Below, in pieces: positions 1 to 10,689 of a DNA stretch of 64,000 nt. Below the pieces are notes generated by a model. The model did no database searches. It saw only the letters and a program-made list of their open reading frames with translations, and was not told the DNA's origin. The stretch's first letter is position 1. Each line of letters begins with the position of its first letter. The DNA lies in NCBI GenBank assembly GCA_963765765.1, contig CAVXYC010000011.1, forward strand, positions 1 to 64,000, given 5' to 3'. This DNA comes from an uncultured Chloroflexia bacterium. Its GTDB lineage: Bacteria > Chloroflexota > UBA6077 > JACCZL01. Position numbers and translations under genes: made by a program.

Positions 1-39
1 GGTGTATGTACGTCTACTACTTCGTCGGTTGGTATTGCT
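1..39 (+). other. Probable Oxford Nanopore ligation-adapter remnant (technical sequence)
   Basis: TACTTCGTCGGTTGGTATTGCT (18-39) aligns with few errors to the ONT adapter end TACTTCGTTCAGTTACGTATTGCT; genomic repeat sequence starts abruptly at 40. Confidence 0.75.
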
Positions 40-2395
40 CTTCACCTGGACCCCGACCGAAGCCCAGGGCCCCGGCACCTTCCCGGTCACGGTCGCGTCA
101 CGGACAACGGCACGCCGACCTCGCCGACGAGCGAGACGATCACCGTCACGGTCAACGAGGTCAACCTGGCGCCGGTGCTGGGTGCCATCGGCAACCGGAC
201 CGTGAACGAGGGCAGCCCGCTTGACCTTCACCGCCACCGCCACCGACGCCGACTCCCGGCCAACACGCTGACCTTCAGCCTCGACCTCGGCGCCCGGCCG
301 GGGCCAGCATCGACCCGACCACCGGCGCGTTCACCTGGACGCCCGACCGAGGCGCAGGGCCCGGGCACTTCACCTTCACCGTCCGCGTCACCGACAACGG
401 CGACCCCGTCCTCGACGACGAGGAGACGATCACCGTCACCGTCAACGAGGTCAACCAGGCGCCGGTGCTGGCGGCCATCGGCAACCGGACCGTCAACGAG
501 GGCAGCCCGCTGACCTTCACGGCCACCGCCACCGACGCCGACCTGCCCGGCCAACGCGCTGACCTTCAGCCTCGATCGGCGCCCCGGCCGGCGCCAGCAT
601 CAACCCCACGACCGGCGCCTTCACCTGGACGCCGACCGAGGCGCAGGGCCCGGGCACCTTCACCGTTCACCGTCGCGCGTCACCGACAACGGCACCCCAG
701 CCTCTAGCGACGAGGAGACGATCACCGTCACGGTCAACGAGGTCAACCGGCCGCCCGTGCTGGCGCCATCGGCAACCAGACCGTCAACGAAGGGCAGCCC
801 GCTGACCTTCACGGCGACCGCCACCGACCCCGACCTGCCGGCCAACGCCCTGACCTTCAGCCTCGGTCGGCGCACCGGCCGGGGCGGCGATCAACCCGCA
901 CCACCGGCGCCTTCACCTGGACGCCGACCGAGGCGCAGGGCCCGGGCACCTACACCTTCACGGTGCGCGTCACCGACAACGGCACGCCCGGCCTCTCCGA
1001 CGACGAGACGATCACCGTCACCGTCAGCGGAGATCAATGTGGCCCCGATCGCGACCAATGCAGGGTGTGGCGACAAATGAGGAGCACCGCCTCATCGTTG
1101 CCGGCATCCCCTGGGTACTGGGCAATGATACGGGGACGAGGTACCCGCTCGACGCACACCCGATCGGTGACCGGGCCGGGCCATGGCACGCTCGTCCTTT
1201 AACGGCCGAGGGCGTGTTCACTTACATCCCGGCCGCCGATTACCATGGGCCGGACAGCTTCACCTACAAGGTCAACGATGGCTCGGCCGCCGAATATGGC
1301 CACCGTCTCGATCACCGTGACCGCGGTCAACGACACCAGCCGAGCAACAACCGTAGCGCCAACCCGGCGTCAATCAACGAGAATGGCTCGACCACGGTGA
1401 GTGGCTCCTTCTCACGGATCCGGATGAGCGGTCAAGCACACGGTCACCATCAATTGGAACGATGGCACCTCGCTTGACACAATCCTGAGCCTGGACGGGG
1501 TCTCTACCTACTCGGCCTCACACCAGTACCTGGACGATAATCCGACGGCAACCACCTCGGATATCTACACTGTCAACGTGACGGTCCACGATGATGGCCA
1601 GCCGTCGTGGTGCCGCGTCCACCACGGTGACCGTCAACAATGTGGCGCCCGTCATTACGAACGTCACGGGCAGGTGAATCCTCTATCGCCAAGGGCGGTA
1701 CAGCTACCGTGTCCGCGACCTTTACCGATGTTGGCACCAAGGACACGCACTCTTGCACGTTCGCCTGGGATGGCCGCGGCACCGCCGAATACCACTGTGC
1801 CGGCAGGGAGCGGCTCTTGCTCCGCGACACACACCTATAACGCACCCGGCGTCTACACTGTCCAGGTTACGGTGAAGGACGACGATGACGGTATTAGCGC
1901 AGCGTCCATGTTTCAATACGTTGTGATCTACGATCCAGCGGTGGCTTCGTCACGGGCGGTGGCTGGATCGACTCTCCAGCGGGCGTGCGTCGCAGGGTGC
2001 GCGGACAACCCAACGGCAAGGCCAATTTCGGTTTCGTCCAGATCCAGCAGTTCGCCGTCGTCAATGGCGAAGACGGATTGCAGTTCAAGGCAGGGAACTT
2101 GAATTTCCACGGCGCTTCCTACGACGATGGTAGCCTGGTCATCTTCCGGACCCATGGCGCAGTACAAGGGCACCAGCACCATATCAATGGCACCGGCACC
2201 TACAAATTCGCCTTTGACCCGCGAGGGATCGTGCAGGTCAGCGGTGGCGGCGGTGCAGACGGTTTCCGCATCAAGATCACCAATACTAGTGGTGGCGTGG
2301 TCTATGACAACAGACCGGCTGCGGCGAGCGATGCCATGACCAGCGCCAATACTCAGACGATCAGTGGAGGCAGTGTCACGATCCACAGCAAGTAA
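40..2395 (+). CDS. 3' part of a large secreted/surface protein with tandem Ig/cadherin-like repeats, a tandem-95-like repeat, PKD-like domains and a C-terminal GGGWI-type domain (5'-truncated, frameshifted in this read)
   Basis: Joined frames give repeated LAAIGNRTVNEGSPLTFTATATD..FTWTPTEAQGPGT..VTDNGTP..DETITVTVNEVN, then FTYIPAADYHGPDSFTYKVNDG, HTYNAPGVYTVQVTVKDDD and GKANFGF...ISGGSVTIHSK-stop at 2395. Confidence 0.8.
41..1050 (+). repeat. About 3.5 tandem copies of a ~290-bp coding repeat
   Basis: TTCACCTGGAC..CGACCGA.GC.CAGGGCCC.GGCAC recurs at about 41, 330, 620 and 912. Confidence 0.9.
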
Positions 2396-2418
2396 TTTCG
2401 CTGGCCGCTGCGAATATC

Positions 2419-2456
2419 ATCTGGGGGCGTCACTCAACTGAGTGACGCCCCCAGAT
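2419..2456. terminator. Perfect 18-bp stem hairpin downstream of the surface-protein gene
   Basis: ATCTGGGGGCGTCACTCA-AC-TGAGTGACGCCCCCAGAT; no clear U-tract. Confidence 0.6.
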
Positions 2457-2558
2457 AGGTTGTGGCCACCGTATTTGTATCGGAGGCAGTGTTATTGCTT
2501 GAGCTGCTGTCGGTCCGCAGATTACAGGGTGTCGCCATTTCTCCCGTAGGCTTCGCCG

Positions 2559-3320
2559 GTGTGCTGCGCAACGCCTGCCGAAGTGACTCCTTTGAATGCT
2601 GGCATTCGAACCCGCCGCACGGATCCAATCCGTCGAGCCCAAGAGGACAAGACAATCGCACCATGGACACCGACTCTCGAGCTGGCCGGCCCGGATGATT
2701 CGCACTACCCCTTGTCTTACTTCGAGCGTTACGACGCCACTGATGATGCCGCCTTCTACGAGGTGGCGCGCAAAGTGGTGCACATCGACGACGGAGCCAT
2801 CGATGCGCTGGGCCGCTTCTACCACGAGCTGCTACCCCACTCTGGCACCCTCCTGGACCTCATGAGCTCGTGGCGCACCCACCTCCCGGACGAGTTGGCC
2901 AGGTCAAGTAATCTCACAGTCGTCGGCCTCGGGATGAACGCCGAGGAGATGGCCGACAACCCGCAACTCGGCCGCTCCGTAGTGCACGACCTGAATCGCG
3001 ATTCTCGACTGCCCTTTCCGGGCGCTGCCTTCGACGGGGCGATGTGCGCGGTGAGCGTCCAGTACTTGACGCGGCCAATTGAAGTATTCGCAGAGGTGGC
3101 CCGCGTACTCAAACCGTCCGCACCGTTCTTGCTCGCGTTTTCGAACCGCTGTTTCCCGACCAAGGCCGTGGCGATCTGGCATAACATGACTGACGATCAA
3201 CATGCCCAGTTGGTGTCAAGCTACCTCCAGAAGGCCGGCGCTTGGACGCTCCCGGAAACTCGGTCCTACCGCCCGACAGTCGGCGATCCGCTCTACATCG
3301 TCTGGTCGCGGAGAGCCTGA
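2559..3320 (+). CDS. Class I SAM-dependent methyltransferase (true start uncertain, probably near 2660)
   Basis: Motifs DDAAFY..R.V.HIDD, LLDLMSSW.THLP, GLGMN.EEM..NP.L, SVQYL.RP and FSNRCFPTKAV. Confidence 0.85.
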   Translation: MCCATPAEVTPLNAGIRTRRTDPIRRAQEDKTIAPWTPTLELAGPDDSHYPLSYFERYDATDDAAFYEVARKVVHIDDGAIDALGRFYHELLPHSGTLLDLMSSWRTHLPDELARSSNLTVVGLGMNAEEMADNPQLGRSVVHDLNRDSRLPFPGAAFDGAMCAVSVQYLTRPIEVFAEVARVLKPSAPFLLAFSNRCFPTKAVAIWHNMTDDQHAQLVSSYLQKAGAWTLPETRSYRPTVGDPLYIVWSRRA

Positions 3321-3411
3321 CGTGCACTGACCGGCGCGCCTCGAAGAGCAACTCGGCTAAAGCGGCTGATCCCGATCGGTCCATCGCAGGGTCACAGCGC
3401 GATTGTGTCCC

Positions 3412-3607
3412 CTTCTCCAATCGCTGTTTCCCGACTAAGGCCGTGGCCGGCTGGCTATACGGCGCTGACGAGCAGCATCGGGCCCTGGTTCGAGATTACT
3501 TTGATCGCTCGGGCGTCTGGGGCGAGGTCAATGATCGAGCCTATGAGCCAGGCTGGAGTGATCCGCTGTTCGCGGTTTGGGGGAAAGTGAACCGAGAATC
3601 AGAGTGA
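3412..3607 (+). pseudogene. Orphan 3' fragment of a paralogous methyltransferase
   Basis: FSNRCFPTKAVAGW...H..LV..Y...DPLFAVW mirrors the last ~60 aa of 2559-3320; no upstream coding part or start. Confidence 0.8.
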
Positions 3608-3644
3608 GTGGATCGAAGTTGGTTGCAGCCCCCTGGAGCACGGC

Positions 3645-4815
3645 TTGACGCAATCCACCCGACAAGGGAAACGTATCGTGCTTGCCTCGCCGAATGACGT
3701 TTCAAAGGAGCGGGCCATCGTCACCACGGTGGTCGAAGAACTGAATCAAGGTATAGCGCGGTCAAACAATATCGTTATCGAGTTGGCTCAGCTGGGAGAC
3801 GGACGCATACTGACATTTCACGTCGACGGTCCGCAGGGCGCAGTGGACGCAGTCCTCTGGATTGCAGATGCTGAGATTGTGCTGGGCTTATTGTTGGAAG
3901 CGCTTCGGGACACCCACGAGCTGATTCACTAGGAGGTACGGAACACGAACTTAGAGCTAGCGTATGACTCCTGGCAGAAAAGCGGCCGACCCAATCGGCC
4001 GACCCAATCTCATGATCTACTTCAAGGAAGCTCCCTATCGGTTGGACACCAGCGAGAGGAAGTTGAGCAACTGCGCTCAGTACTCGAATTTAAGAAGAGC
4101 ATGCCTTTTGGAAGGTCTCTACTGGGTGTTTAAGACGCCTAGAGAGTTCGAGAGATTAGTCCGTCGACATCTGCAACGTGCCCTCTTCGAAGAACGCTTC
4201 CCCGCCGTATCTGGCGTCAGAGCAGATTTGACCGCACAAGACGAGCAGCCTGGTGGTAGCTCAACGGATATGGCGAATGCGGCGAAGGATCTTTTGGGCA
4301 GAGCAAACTCCATCAGCTTGAGTGAGTTGGCGGCATCGGCATTGCAGCTCGCAGCAGCTGTCGATTATCCCGACCGATTGTGGTTGGAAGAGGAGTTGAG
4401 GGATGATCCCTATTCCTTTCGAAGAGAATTCGAAGGTCGGAGCACCTATCGCACTCTATCCGCATATGTCTCCCGGGTACGCACGGATGTAATGAGGGCA
4501 CAATGGGGAACGCTTGACGTGGCCCTTTCCAGGGTCCCTGGCTTGTTCATAGAGTAAGAACACCGCATCCAGATTCAATCGGAAGGATTGAATCTGAGCT
4601 AGGTGACGGACACAAGCGGATTAGGTTTGCCTGTAGCTGGGCGATTTTCCAGGAGACCAGAAGAAGGCGGCAATGGTAATGGACATGCTTTTGGTTACTT
4701 CCGTCGTGCTGACGTGGAGGCGCTCTTAGCGGACATTCGGCAACGCATAGTGAGGATGCTTCTTGAGCTTACTGGAACTCTCCGCCCTCGGCCCACCGTC
4801 TCACCCGAACTTTAA
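3645..4815 (+). CDS. DUF4062-like domain fused to an AbiTii-like domain (putative defence protein; broken by several indels and stops in this read)
   Basis: Joined frames: RIVLASPNDVSKER..VVEELN..WETDAY..FH.DGPQG..WKRFGTPT..GTEHEL..AYDSWQKSGRP.LMIYFK (DUF4062 pattern); then SISLSELAASALQLA..WLEEEL..YRTL and terminal VEALLADIRQRIVRMLLEL (AbiTii pattern). Confidence 0.6.
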
Positions 4816-4949
4816 TAACTGTCCGTGTACGCTCGGGCGGAAAGAGGTCGATGCTCCACACGGGCTGAGGGGAAGCACACGATCCATGTGACAAGCTTAC
4901 TGCCCTTCTGCTCCATCTATAATGGCCACCGTTCGCGGGAGGCACCACG

Positions 4950-5909
4950 ATGGAGTATCGACAGCTAGGCACCACCGGGCTCACCGTCTCAGCGCTGGGA
5001 CTCGGAGCAAACCCATTTGGACTCGAGGTCAGTCAGGAGACCGCCACGGCCATCGTGCGGCGGGCCATTGATCTGGGCGTCAACTTCTTCGACACGGCCA
5101 ACATCTATCACCATGGCAAATCGGAGACGATGCTGGGCAACGCCCTGCTGGGGTATCGACACAATGTGGTTCTGGCTACCAAGGCCGGCGGCAAATTCGA
5201 TCCCGGCCCAAACGGCGGCGGCACGTCCCGCAAGCATCTTTTCCAGAGTCTCGATGCCAGCCTGGATCGACTCAAGACCGACTACGTGGATCTCTTCTGG
5301 ATTCATCACATCGATTACAACACGCCCATGGAAGAGACCATGGATGCGCTGAACGACATCGTCCGTTCAGGCAAGGCGCGCTACATCGGCGCATCGAACT
5401 TCCTGGCCTGGGAAGTGAGCGAGCACAACTCCTACGCCCGAGCCGCGCACCAGGCACAATTTGTCGCGGTGCAGATGCACTACAACTTGATCCATCGCGA
5501 GGTGGAGCATGAGATGGTGCCGTTCTGCCAGTCCAGGGGCCTGGGCTTCATTCCATACTTCCCAATCGCCGGTGGATTCCTCACCGACGTCTACAAGCGC
5601 GATGTCGCGCCGCCCCCAGGCACGCGTGGAGCAGGGCGCCCCACGTTCTCCCGCTGGACCAACGACCGTAACTGGGCTCTCAAGGACAAGCTAGAAGCCT
5701 GGGCCAACGAACACGGACACCCGATCAACGATCTTCCGGTGGCCTGGCTGTTCACCCGACCGATGCTGAGCTCGGTCATCGCCGGACCTGAGTCGGTGGC
5801 TCACATCGAGGCTAACGTGAAAGCGGCCGAATGGAGGCTCACACCCGACGAAGTTGCGGAGATCGATGCAATGAGCGCCCCCGTTGGCGCAGTGCAGCGC
5901 GGGAATTGA
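4950..5909 (+). CDS. Aldo/keto reductase
   Basis: MEYRQLG.TGL.VS.LGLG, FFDTANIY, VLATK, SLDRLKTDYVDL, GKARYIGASN. Confidence 0.95.
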   Translation: MEYRQLGTTGLTVSALGLGANPFGLEVSQETATAIVRRAIDLGVNFFDTANIYHHGKSETMLGNALLGYRHNVVLATKAGGKFDPGPNGGGTSRKHLFQSLDASLDRLKTDYVDLFWIHHIDYNTPMEETMDALNDIVRSGKARYIGASNFLAWEVSEHNSYARAAHQAQFVAVQMHYNLIHREVEHEMVPFCQSRGLGFIPYFPIAGGFLTDVYKRDVAPPPGTRGAGRPTFSRWTNDRNWALKDKLEAWANEHGHPINDLPVAWLFTRPMLSSVIAGPESVAHIEANVKAAEWRLTPDEVAEIDAMSAPVGAVQRGN

Positions 5910-6027
5910 CCCGATTGAGTTTATCCATCAAGATCTCTCCGGTTCATTCCGGCTCCCTCTCCCAGGGGGGAAGGAAGCGGTCACATGCGGGACTCCTCGC
6001 GAACACACAGTCCCGCACAATAGAGCC

Positions 6028-6483
6028 ATGCGAGTCTCCGCCAAAGCCGACTACGCGATCCGCGCACTTGCGGAAATCGCCTCGTGTCATCCACAGCCGG
6101 TCAAGGCTGAGCGCGTCTCGCAGCTTCAGAGCATCCCCTCCAAGTTTCTCGAGAACATCCTGGTGGAGCTGAAGCACGCCAATATCGTGCAATCACAGCG
6201 GGGTGCTGAAGGCGGCTACTGGCTGGCGCGCCCGGCGGAGGAGGTGTCGCTCGCGGACGTCATACGCGCCATCGATGGGCCGCTCGCGAACGTCCGCGGC
6301 GTTCGCCCCGAGCGAGTGGAATACGCCGGCGCTGCTCAAAGCCTCAAGGACGTCTGGATCGCCGTGCGCGCCAACCTCCGCGCCGTCCTGGAGCAGGTCA
6401 CTATCGCCGACCTGGTGGAAGGTAAACTGCCCGACGCTGTTATGGAGCTGACGCGCGACTCAGACGCCTGGCTGTCGCACTAA
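6028..6483 (+). CDS. Rrf2 family transcriptional regulator (CymR-like, lacks the Fe-S cysteine set)
   Basis: MRVSAKADYAIRAL..IPSKFLENIL..SQRGAEGGYWLARP..ISLADVIRAIDGPL pattern. Confidence 0.92.
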   Translation: MRVSAKADYAIRALAEIASCHPQPVKAERVSQLQSIPSKFLENILVELKHANIVQSQRGAEGGYWLARPAEEVSLADVIRAIDGPLANVRGVRPERVEYAGAAQSLKDVWIAVRANLRAVLEQVTIADLVEGKLPDAVMELTRDSDAWLSH

Positions 6484-6881
6484 CTCCTGGCGGCATTGCG
6501 CTGGGGCATCGAGCTCCAGGATCGCACGCGCGTGTTCAGCGCTTTGCGATTACCACTGGCAAGCGAAGCGATGCGCTCGCCAATTCGATGACGGACTGGG
6601 TTACACGGCACAGTCCGCTCACTAGACTCGCCGAGAAAGTGCTGGAGCGCCCGCTTCATGCCCGACCAACACCCTCGCACTAACATTCAGGTTGTACGTG
6701 CTATTCTCGGCCGCCGGGGACGGACGGGACATCCTCGGTCCCAGGCAGGAGCCCCAGGGAAAGTTGACGGTGCTGACGAAGCGCCGCATGATGGTCTTTG
6801 TCAAGCGTCGTAGGCATTTTGGGAAGCCATTTAGTGGGTGGTCGATACCACCCGGATTCACCCAAGCAACGGAGTAACCTC

Positions 6882-8150
6882 ATGGCCTGGAATGGCTGGA
6901 CAGTAATTGACTTGGACGCCCACATCCAGGAGCGCCCCGCCGAGATGTACGGGCCGTACATCGATCCTGAGTTTCGAGAAGACTTCGAGCGACTCAAGCG
7001 CGCGCTCGAGAACAACGTCGAGAAGGGTCTTCCGCCTTCGATCGCCTCGAGTCGCCACGCCGTGGTGGCGCCGGTTATCTCGGACGGTACGCTCGGCATC
7101 GTGGACTCGTTTGGCGTGGTCCCGCGTGAGAATGCTTTGAATGGAGCGAACGGCGGTGGTCGACGCAATTTCGGGCGTCCGCAGGAGCCAGATCTACCGC
7201 TCATTCATTCGGAAGTAAGCTGGGACGTCACCACACGACTGGAGGATATGGACGCCTCGTTCATCGACATCGACGTGCTATTCCCCACACACGTATCGAG
7301 TTATAGCGCGCTACACGATGTGCGCCTGGAGAGTGGTCTGTATCGCGCGTATCACCGTTGGGTCCATGACTTCACCGCTCAGGCGCCGGACCGACTGAAG
7401 TGGACCGTGGTGGCGAACATGCGTGACGCGCTGGCCGCCAGCCAGGAGATCAGTCACTGGGCGGAGGCCGACCCAAACATGGTGGGCATCTACCTTCCGC
7501 CGAATGGCCCGAACAACATGCTGCTCGACGATCCGGGTTTACGTCCTATCTACGCGACCGCGCAGGAGCTGGACCTTCCGATCCTGATCCACGGCGGCAC
7601 GGCGCGTCCGCCGTTTCAGCCCGGCACGTTCGATTTGCGCGGCGCCTGGTTCCTTCAGCACTCGCTGAGTAATCCCTGGGCTGGCATGGCATCGCTGGGC
7701 GCCCTCGTCGGTGGCGGCGTCTTCGAGCAGTTCCCGCGACTTCGAGCAGCCGTTGTGGAAACCGCTGCCGGTTGGCTGCCCTCGATTCTGGAGCGGTACG
7801 ACGCGCACTACGTACTCTCACCGGCCCACGTGCCGCTGCTCAGCAAATTCCCAAGTGAGATTGTAAAGCACAGCGGGCAGTACTTCCACGGCATCGATAC
7901 GTGGGAGAAGACGCTGGAGCACGTGGTCGACTACGTAGGGGAAGACGTACTCCTATTTGCCACGGACTGGCCGCACGGCGACACCGCCTGGCCAACGGCG
8001 GTCCAGCAAGTCGTGGAGTGGCCAGGCCTTTCGGACTCCGCGAAAGAGAAGATCCTGGGCGGAAATGCTCTGCGGCTGTGCCCGCGGATTGCGCGGTCGA
8101 TTCCATTGCGGGTGGGTCGCGAATCAGTCAGCGGCCTCCGGATAGTTTGA
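6882..8150 (+). CDS. Amidohydrolase_2 family protein
   Basis: IDLDAHIQE metal motif, ILIHGG, VVETAAGWLP, LLFATDWPHGD, KILGGNA. Confidence 0.92.
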   Translation: MAWNGWTVIDLDAHIQERPAEMYGPYIDPEFREDFERLKRALENNVEKGLPPSIASSRHAVVAPVISDGTLGIVDSFGVVPRENALNGANGGGRRNFGRPQEPDLPLIHSEVSWDVTTRLEDMDASFIDIDVLFPTHVSSYSALHDVRLESGLYRAYHRWVHDFTAQAPDRLKWTVVANMRDALAASQEISHWAEADPNMVGIYLPPNGPNNMLLDDPGLRPIYATAQELDLPILIHGGTARPPFQPGTFDLRGAWFLQHSLSNPWAGMASLGALVGGGVFEQFPRLRAAVVETAAGWLPSILERYDAHYVLSPAHVPLLSKFPSEIVKHSGQYFHGIDTWEKTLEHVVDYVGEDVLLFATDWPHGDTAWPTAVQQVVEWPGLSDSAKEKILGGNALRLCPRIARSIPLRVGRESVSGLRIV

Positions 8151-8305
8151 GAGGCAGTCGTAGCACGGGCCCTTGTGGCCTGTGCCTCGGCGCTCCTCAC
8201 CGGCAACGTGATCGTGTGCCGGTGAATCCCAGGCACAGGCCACAAGGGCCCGCGCTACGACATTCCAACAATCTTTGTTCGACCCGCTCTGGTAGACTCG
8301 CGGCC

Positions 8306-9236
8306 ATGGTATGGACTCCTGATCCGACAGGCACTTCGTGGCCGTGTGGCGGTGGTCGCTGGCGCAACGCGCGGCGCCGGCCGTGGCATCGCCACGGCTC
8401 TGGGCGAACTCGGCGCCACCGTCATCTGCACGGGTCGCACCAGTAGCACGCGGAAGTTGAAGTCGGACTACGACCGCCCCGAAACGATCGAGGAAACCGC
8501 CGATCTCGTGAAGAGCCTCGGCGGCATCGGCATCGCGGTCCCGGTCGATCATCTCGACTCAGCTCAGGTCAAGCGCCTGGCCGACCGCATCCAAAGCGAC
8601 CATGGCCATATCGACGTACTCGTGAATGACATCTGGGGCGCCGAGGTGCTCAAGGGCGGTCCGGCGGAGTGGAATACGCCCATCTGGGAGCACGACCTGG
8701 ACAAGGGGCTTCGCATCCTCAGACTTGGCATCGATACGCATCTCATCACCTCGCACTACCTGCTGCCCTTGCTCGTGGAGAAGCCGGGCGGGCTGGTGGT
8801 GGAGGTGACCGACGGCACCATGGACTACAACGCGGAGAACTACCGTATCTCCGTCTTCTACGACCTGGCCAAGGTCTCCGTGAACCGCCTGGCCTACTCG
8901 CAGGGCCACGAGCTCGCGCCGCATGGCGGAACCGCGGTGGCGATAACCCCTGGCTGGCTGCGGTCAGAGATGATGCTGGCTATCTTCGGCGTTACCGAGG
9001 AAAACTGGCGCGATGCGCTGACTCCGGGCGCTGTCCCGAACTTTCCGCCCGCCCCTCCAGGCTTCGCAGGGTCTGAGACTCCGCGCTACGTGGGCCGCGC
9101 CGTGGCCGCACTGGCCGCGGATCCTGCGCGGGCGCGTTGGAATCAGCAGTCAGTGAGCGCCGGTCAACTTTCCCGCGAGTATGGCTTCACCGACGTCGAC
9201 GGCACCCAGCCAGATAGCTGGGCGGAGATGCACTAG
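8306..9236 (+). CDS. SDR family oxidoreductase (one frameshift near 8330)
   Basis: VAVVAGATRGAGRGIA, DVLVNDIWG, YDLAK catalytic motif, TPGWLRSE. Confidence 0.9.
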
Positions 9237-9240
9237 CGTC

Positions 9241-9352
9241 GCGTGCGTGTCCAAGACGAATAGGACCTAGGGGACAAAATGGGACCTATGGGACCGGGAC
9301 TCGATCGATAGGTCCTATTCGTCCCCTAGGTCCTATTCGCGAACACGCACGC
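9241..9352. repeat. Long intergenic hairpin built from 9-bp (ATAGGACCT-like) units between convergent genes
   Basis: CGAATAGGACCTAGGGGAC / GTCCCCTAGGTCCTATTCG perfect 19-bp inverted repeat, plus outer GCGTGCGTGT / ACACGCACGC. Confidence 0.85.
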
Positions 9353-9363
9353 CTAAGGGCGTG

Positions 9364-10553
9364 CTACTTAAAAAATGTTCGATCGAAGAGATCCGTATAC
9401 TCCGCGTTGCGGGCAGTTTGATCTTCGGTGCGGCGCGACAGCTGCAGTTCACTAAACGCCGGCCAACCGGCGGGTGGCGGAATGCCCGGCAATGCTGCGT
9501 ACTGAGCTTTCTTCTCGATCAGCGTCCTCTGTCCCTCTTCCGAGAGCAGCCAGGACACCCACAGTTTGGCCGCATCCTGGCCGGGAGCGCCTTTGACGAC
9601 GGCGATCGAGGTGGTTGTAGTCGTCGGAAGCTCCTTGAGGATGTCCACCTTCACGCCGCCGGCCGCCTGCAGCTCGAAAGTGCTCCGCGGCGATGCTCAT
9701 AGGGAAGAAGACAGCAAACTCGCCCCGAGCCACTTGAATGGGCGCAAGGATCCGATCACGCGTGAATGTGGGCTCTTGCGCCTTGACCTTGTCGAGGAAC
9801 TCCTGCCCGTACTTATCGCTCGCCTGGGTAAAGAAATCGAGCGACGCCCCCGTAGAGCGCGGGTCCTCCAGCAACAACTTTCCCTTTCCGCGGTAGAAGG
9901 GATCCAGGAAGCTCTGCGGGCTGGTCGGGTACTTATCCGGCGGGACGAGCGACGTGTTGATCATCATCCCGTGAACCGCCTCATTGAGCGGCCAGCGGGT
10001 TCGCCCGGCCGAAATTGAGATTCCGGGCAGGAGCGCGGCGTTGGGCGGGCCTTCCCAGTCCGCAAACACTCCGTCCGCATCCATCGTGGACATGGACGTC
10101 TCGCCGTGGCTCACCACGTTGCCGATTTGCTTCCCGGAGGTTGCCTCGGCCGCGAGGCGCTGCATCGATTCCGGCGCGCGGAATATCTGCGTCTCCACCT
10201 CGATGCCCGGGAATCGCTGACGGAATGCATCCACGATCGGCTCAAACTCATTGAGGCTGGCGCCGTACATATGAATCTTCGTTTGTCCCGAGCTCCGCGC
10301 CTTCTCATAGAAGCTCGTAAGCACTGCCGCGCTGTCGGGTTTGCTCGGAGCGGCTGGTTGAGCCGCCGGCGCGACCGACTTGGGCGCATCGGCTTTTGGC
10401 GGCCTCTGTCTTCGCAGGCGCAGAGGTTGGCGCCGAGGCGGCCGGCGCCGTCGTGGTTGGGGGCGCGGCCGCTGGGGCACACGCAATGATCAGTGCCGTT
10501 GCGAGTGGCAACAGCACTGCTTGAACACTGGACCTAAGGTACCTGGGTGCCAT
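9364..10553 (-). CDS. ABC transporter solute-binding lipoprotein, AfuA/FbpA-like fold (frameshifted into three ORFs)
   Basis: Lipobox LIIAC plus AP-rich linker; FRQRFPGIEVE, MINTSLVP, DPRSTG, VARGEF, AAKLWVSWLLSEEGQ. Confidence 0.8.
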
Positions 10554-10689
10554 GGTTCGCTCCCTGCGCTCGCGGTCCGGGGGACACCTAGCACTGACGG
10601 GATATTCAAAAAGGGCATGGCACAGATTCCGTCAGGAAGGACACATCCGCATGCGCGTCGCGTATTTGGTTGTCACTTGAACGAAGGGG

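Noticed and set aside
41-1050. Regularly spaced repeats as a possible CRISPR array
   Set aside because: The period is ~290 bp, the whole unit is repeated and it encodes protein domains; there are no unique spacers or cas genes.
2590-2620. GGTTCGAAT T-loop-like motif on the minus strand suggesting a tRNA or att site
   Set aside because: No cloverleaf, acceptor stem or CCA can be built around it.
3984-4010. 13-bp tandem duplication GGCCGACCCAATC in the DUF4062 region
   Set aside because: It could be a true inactivating duplication or a basecalling artefact; not interpretable from one read.
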